Made by a program: the position numbers and the translations under genes
Notes under the pieces: generated by a model
Databases searched by the model: none
The model's input: the letters and a program-made list of their open reading frames with translations, nothing else
Told to the model about the DNA's origin: nothing
Part shown: one piece after another, positions 61,517 to 64,000 of the stretch
How positions within the stretch are numbered: position 1 is the stretch's first letter
Layout: every line of letters starts with the position of its first letter
From: Phyllobates terribilis
Taxonomy: Eukaryota
Length of the DNA: 64,000 bases
Direction: 5' to 3'
NCBI RefSeq assembly: GCF_046119375.1
Contig: NW_027362762.1
Span: 163,060,001-163,124,000 of the forward strand

Positions 61517-62354
61517 TTAATACTGCTTTATCGACTGTGAGGTGAATGAAGATGTCTGACATTTCCCTTCCACCTAAATAATGACTCAGTTATAGTTTTT
61601 CACTCTGTAGGCTGTACTGATTTTGGTTTACAATTACTGATGAAATACTTACCAAAAAAACTGACCTGTGAAAAAGGTCTGCATGTAATAAAATGAGCCC
61701 CATGATATAATTGATATAATATAATATATATTCTTCTTGCTGACTGAACACTGAGCACAAAGAATTTTTTTTCCCCCAGCCTCAGACCTCTGTCAGCCGA
61801 GGAGAAGATTAATTTCTTTTCATGTCACAACTCTGCTCCGGCAGCTCTGGTATTTGTTCTTCTCATACAGCTCCTCTGTCAGTTGAGACACAGGGCTTGA
61901 GAGCTGTGTTTCTCGGACTGCAGCCTGTCCTGACATGTGACTATGAGAGGCTGCTGATCGACTTTCCTGAAAGGGACATTTTATTACACTCTTGGAAAAC
62001 TCCTTTAATAATAGAAGATATCAAAAGAAACCAATAATAGTGAACAGCACCTGTAACTTCACATTGTATATGTGCCATATTGATGGACAGAACTCTTGTC
62101 AGTTTATTATCTTGAAACCTGGGTGAGATCACGGCCAGTTTTGAGCAAATTCTATTCTTTATCACGAGGGTTTATTTTTAGTTAGATCAATGCCAATGCC
62201 CACAATTGTTTAAATGACGTGGTGCTGAGATCTTGGCATTTAAGTTGATTTTTCTTCCGTTGGAAACAAGAAGTGAAGGAAATGGATATCCTCCATGAAT
62301 GTACAGCACTGAGATAAAGTCATGAATACGTCTTTGTTTTTTCTTGTCTCTCAG

Positions 62355-62474
62355 CCAGGGTTGCGGTAGTAAAATGCCGGGACTTGCACTGGGCAATGAT
62401 TGCACACCGAGAACAGAAGGATATCAGTTTGGCCTCACTTCGTATGCTCATTGTAACAGATGGAGCCAATCCAT
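62355..62474 (+). CDS. DIP2B: DIP2B coding exon 16 (120 nt, phase 1-1): ARVAVVKCRDLHWAMIAHREQKDISLASLRMLIVTDGANP(W)
   Basis: ttttcttgtctctcag|CC AGG ... AAT CCA T|gtaagc. Confidence 0.96.
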
Positions 62475-63190
62475 GTAAGCGTCCTTGTATTTTCTGATTA
62501 ATGATTATGATAACCAGATTGTAAAGGACAAAACTGCAACATTCAGTGAGATTGTGGACAGTTGATTTTGTGTCAATTTTACTTGACGCTTAAAATTCAT
62601 ATTCATGTTCTATATTTATAGAGTTGGATCATCAGATCAATCCCTTCCTCAAATCCTCAGTAGGTTGCATGGGAAAATATAGTATTACATCTTGCCTATT
62701 CGGATGAGTGGGCAACCATTCAATACCCAGTCACAACAAAACCACACTATTGTAGTCACTAACTAAAAGAGGATGGCATTAAGAGACACCCCTTCTATGG
62801 TGTCTGTATGCCCCAGTAGGCCAAATAAAAATACCTGAGACATTTACCATCCATTTAATAAACATGTACCGTAATTGATATTTTTAATAAACATATATTG
62901 AGAACTGCATATACAGTAACAAATATAGAAAAGGGTGTATTGCAGTCAGTATTTCATTAACTAGGCAAATGTTCAACAGGCAACAGATTTTGGCCCGTTG
63001 CCAATCGCCGATCTACTATGTACAAGTGTAATGGCGCTGGTTTAATATCTGACACATACTGAACATTCGTTAATAGAATCATACAGACCCATAGAGTATG
63101 CAGGTCACTCATTTTTTGGCAGATCCATGGTAGGTTTGAAGGGGGCTTATGATCAAGAATGAGCGTTCTTATTTATGAATGGGTCCTTAT

Positions 63191-63486
63191 TAGTGATGAG
63201 CGAGTATGTTCTGTTAACCCTTTCGCCGAGTATGCTCGGGCGAGCACCGAGTAGTTACAGCTGCTCGGTGATATGGGTGTGCATGATTTGCGACTGTTTG
63301 ACAGTTTTATTACATGTGAGGAATGTGTAAGAAATAGACATTCCTCGCATGTAGTAAAACTGTCAAACAGTCGCAAATCATGTACACGGGAGTGATTCAA
63401 ACATATCACCGAGCTGCTGTAAATACTCGGTGCTCGCCCGAGCATACTCTGCGAAAGGGTTAACAGAACATACTCGCTCATCACTA
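63191..63486. mobile_element. hAT-type fold-back MITE (296 bp), perfect 8-bp TSD GTCCTTAT
   Basis: gtccttat|tagtgatgagcga ... tcgctcatcacta|gtccttat; arms 63191-63326 and 63338-63486. Confidence 0.9.
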
Positions 63487-63780
63487 GTCCTTATTCATTC
63501 ATTGTAGATTTGGTAAGTATTTTACATCAGTATTTTAAAGCCAAAACATGGATGCAAAAAAACGAGAAGTAATCTAAATCTGTACATTATGTCTTCGTGA
63601 CCACAGACCTGGTTATGGCTTAGAAATCCTGATGCAAAATACTGACCAAAATGGAGAGAGGGGAGTAAACCCCTGCTAGACATATCCACTAAGAACAAAG
63701 ATATTGGGCATGTACAGATAGAGCCTTCTTTCCCTCAACACCTCAGTCTGAAGGGTTTCCCAGTCAGAATTCCCCGTGAT

Positions 63781-63983
63781 TAGTGCTGAGCGAATCAATT
63801 TGCAGAGCCCTGGTTCAGCGGACATGGCAGAAGTCCTTGTCGGCTGGATGGGGAGCCCAGTGAACCCCCTCCTATTGGCATCCCCTGGGCCTTTTGTGAT
63901 TTGTAAGCCCGGTGTGTCACCATCGCAGATGCTTTGATGTGGCTGCTGGACCAGGATCCTGCTCATCGATTGACTCATCACTA
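63781..63983. mobile_element. Degenerate hAT-type MITE (TAGTGATGAG-like termini; no matching TSD)
   Basis: tagtgctgagcga ... gactcatcacta. Confidence 0.45.
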
Positions 63984-64000
63984 CCTAATGGTTGCCCTAA

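Overview
Vertebrate genomic DNA, most likely an anuran frog (inferred from the dense TTAA-flanked T2/Kolobok-type MITEs, Harbinger- and hAT-type MITEs, Tc1 fossils and CR1/L1/L2 fragments). The window lies inside one + strand gene, DIP2B (disco-interacting protein 2 homolog B; DMAP1-binding N-terminus plus the first AMP-binding/FAAL-like domain). I located 14 coding exons by hand, all GT-AG and phase-consistent. They correspond to human exons 2-5 and 7-16 (72, 129, 126, 213, 120, 198, 92, 111, 124, 110, 103, 65, 94, 120 nt). Exon numbering and human comparisons come from my recall of the human gene, not from a search. Exon 1 is upstream of the window and exon 17 onward is downstream. The exon-6 equivalent is absent from the called bases and is probably in the 100-N gap at 42832-42931. 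The introns (intron 2 is about 26 kb) are filled with dead transposons, MITEs, three minisatellites and three assembly gaps. I found no rRNA, tRNA, CRISPR array or second host gene, and no convincing new biological system. The best leads are: a 36-bp repeat with GTAAGT donor motifs that could create an in-frame cryptic exon before exon 13; the missing exon 6; a decayed Penelope-type hammerhead motif with an A3-U8 core pair; a hAT insertion placing G-runs beside the weak exon-4 donor; a possible RLE-clade LINE relic; and long MITE fold-backs in the pre-mRNA.
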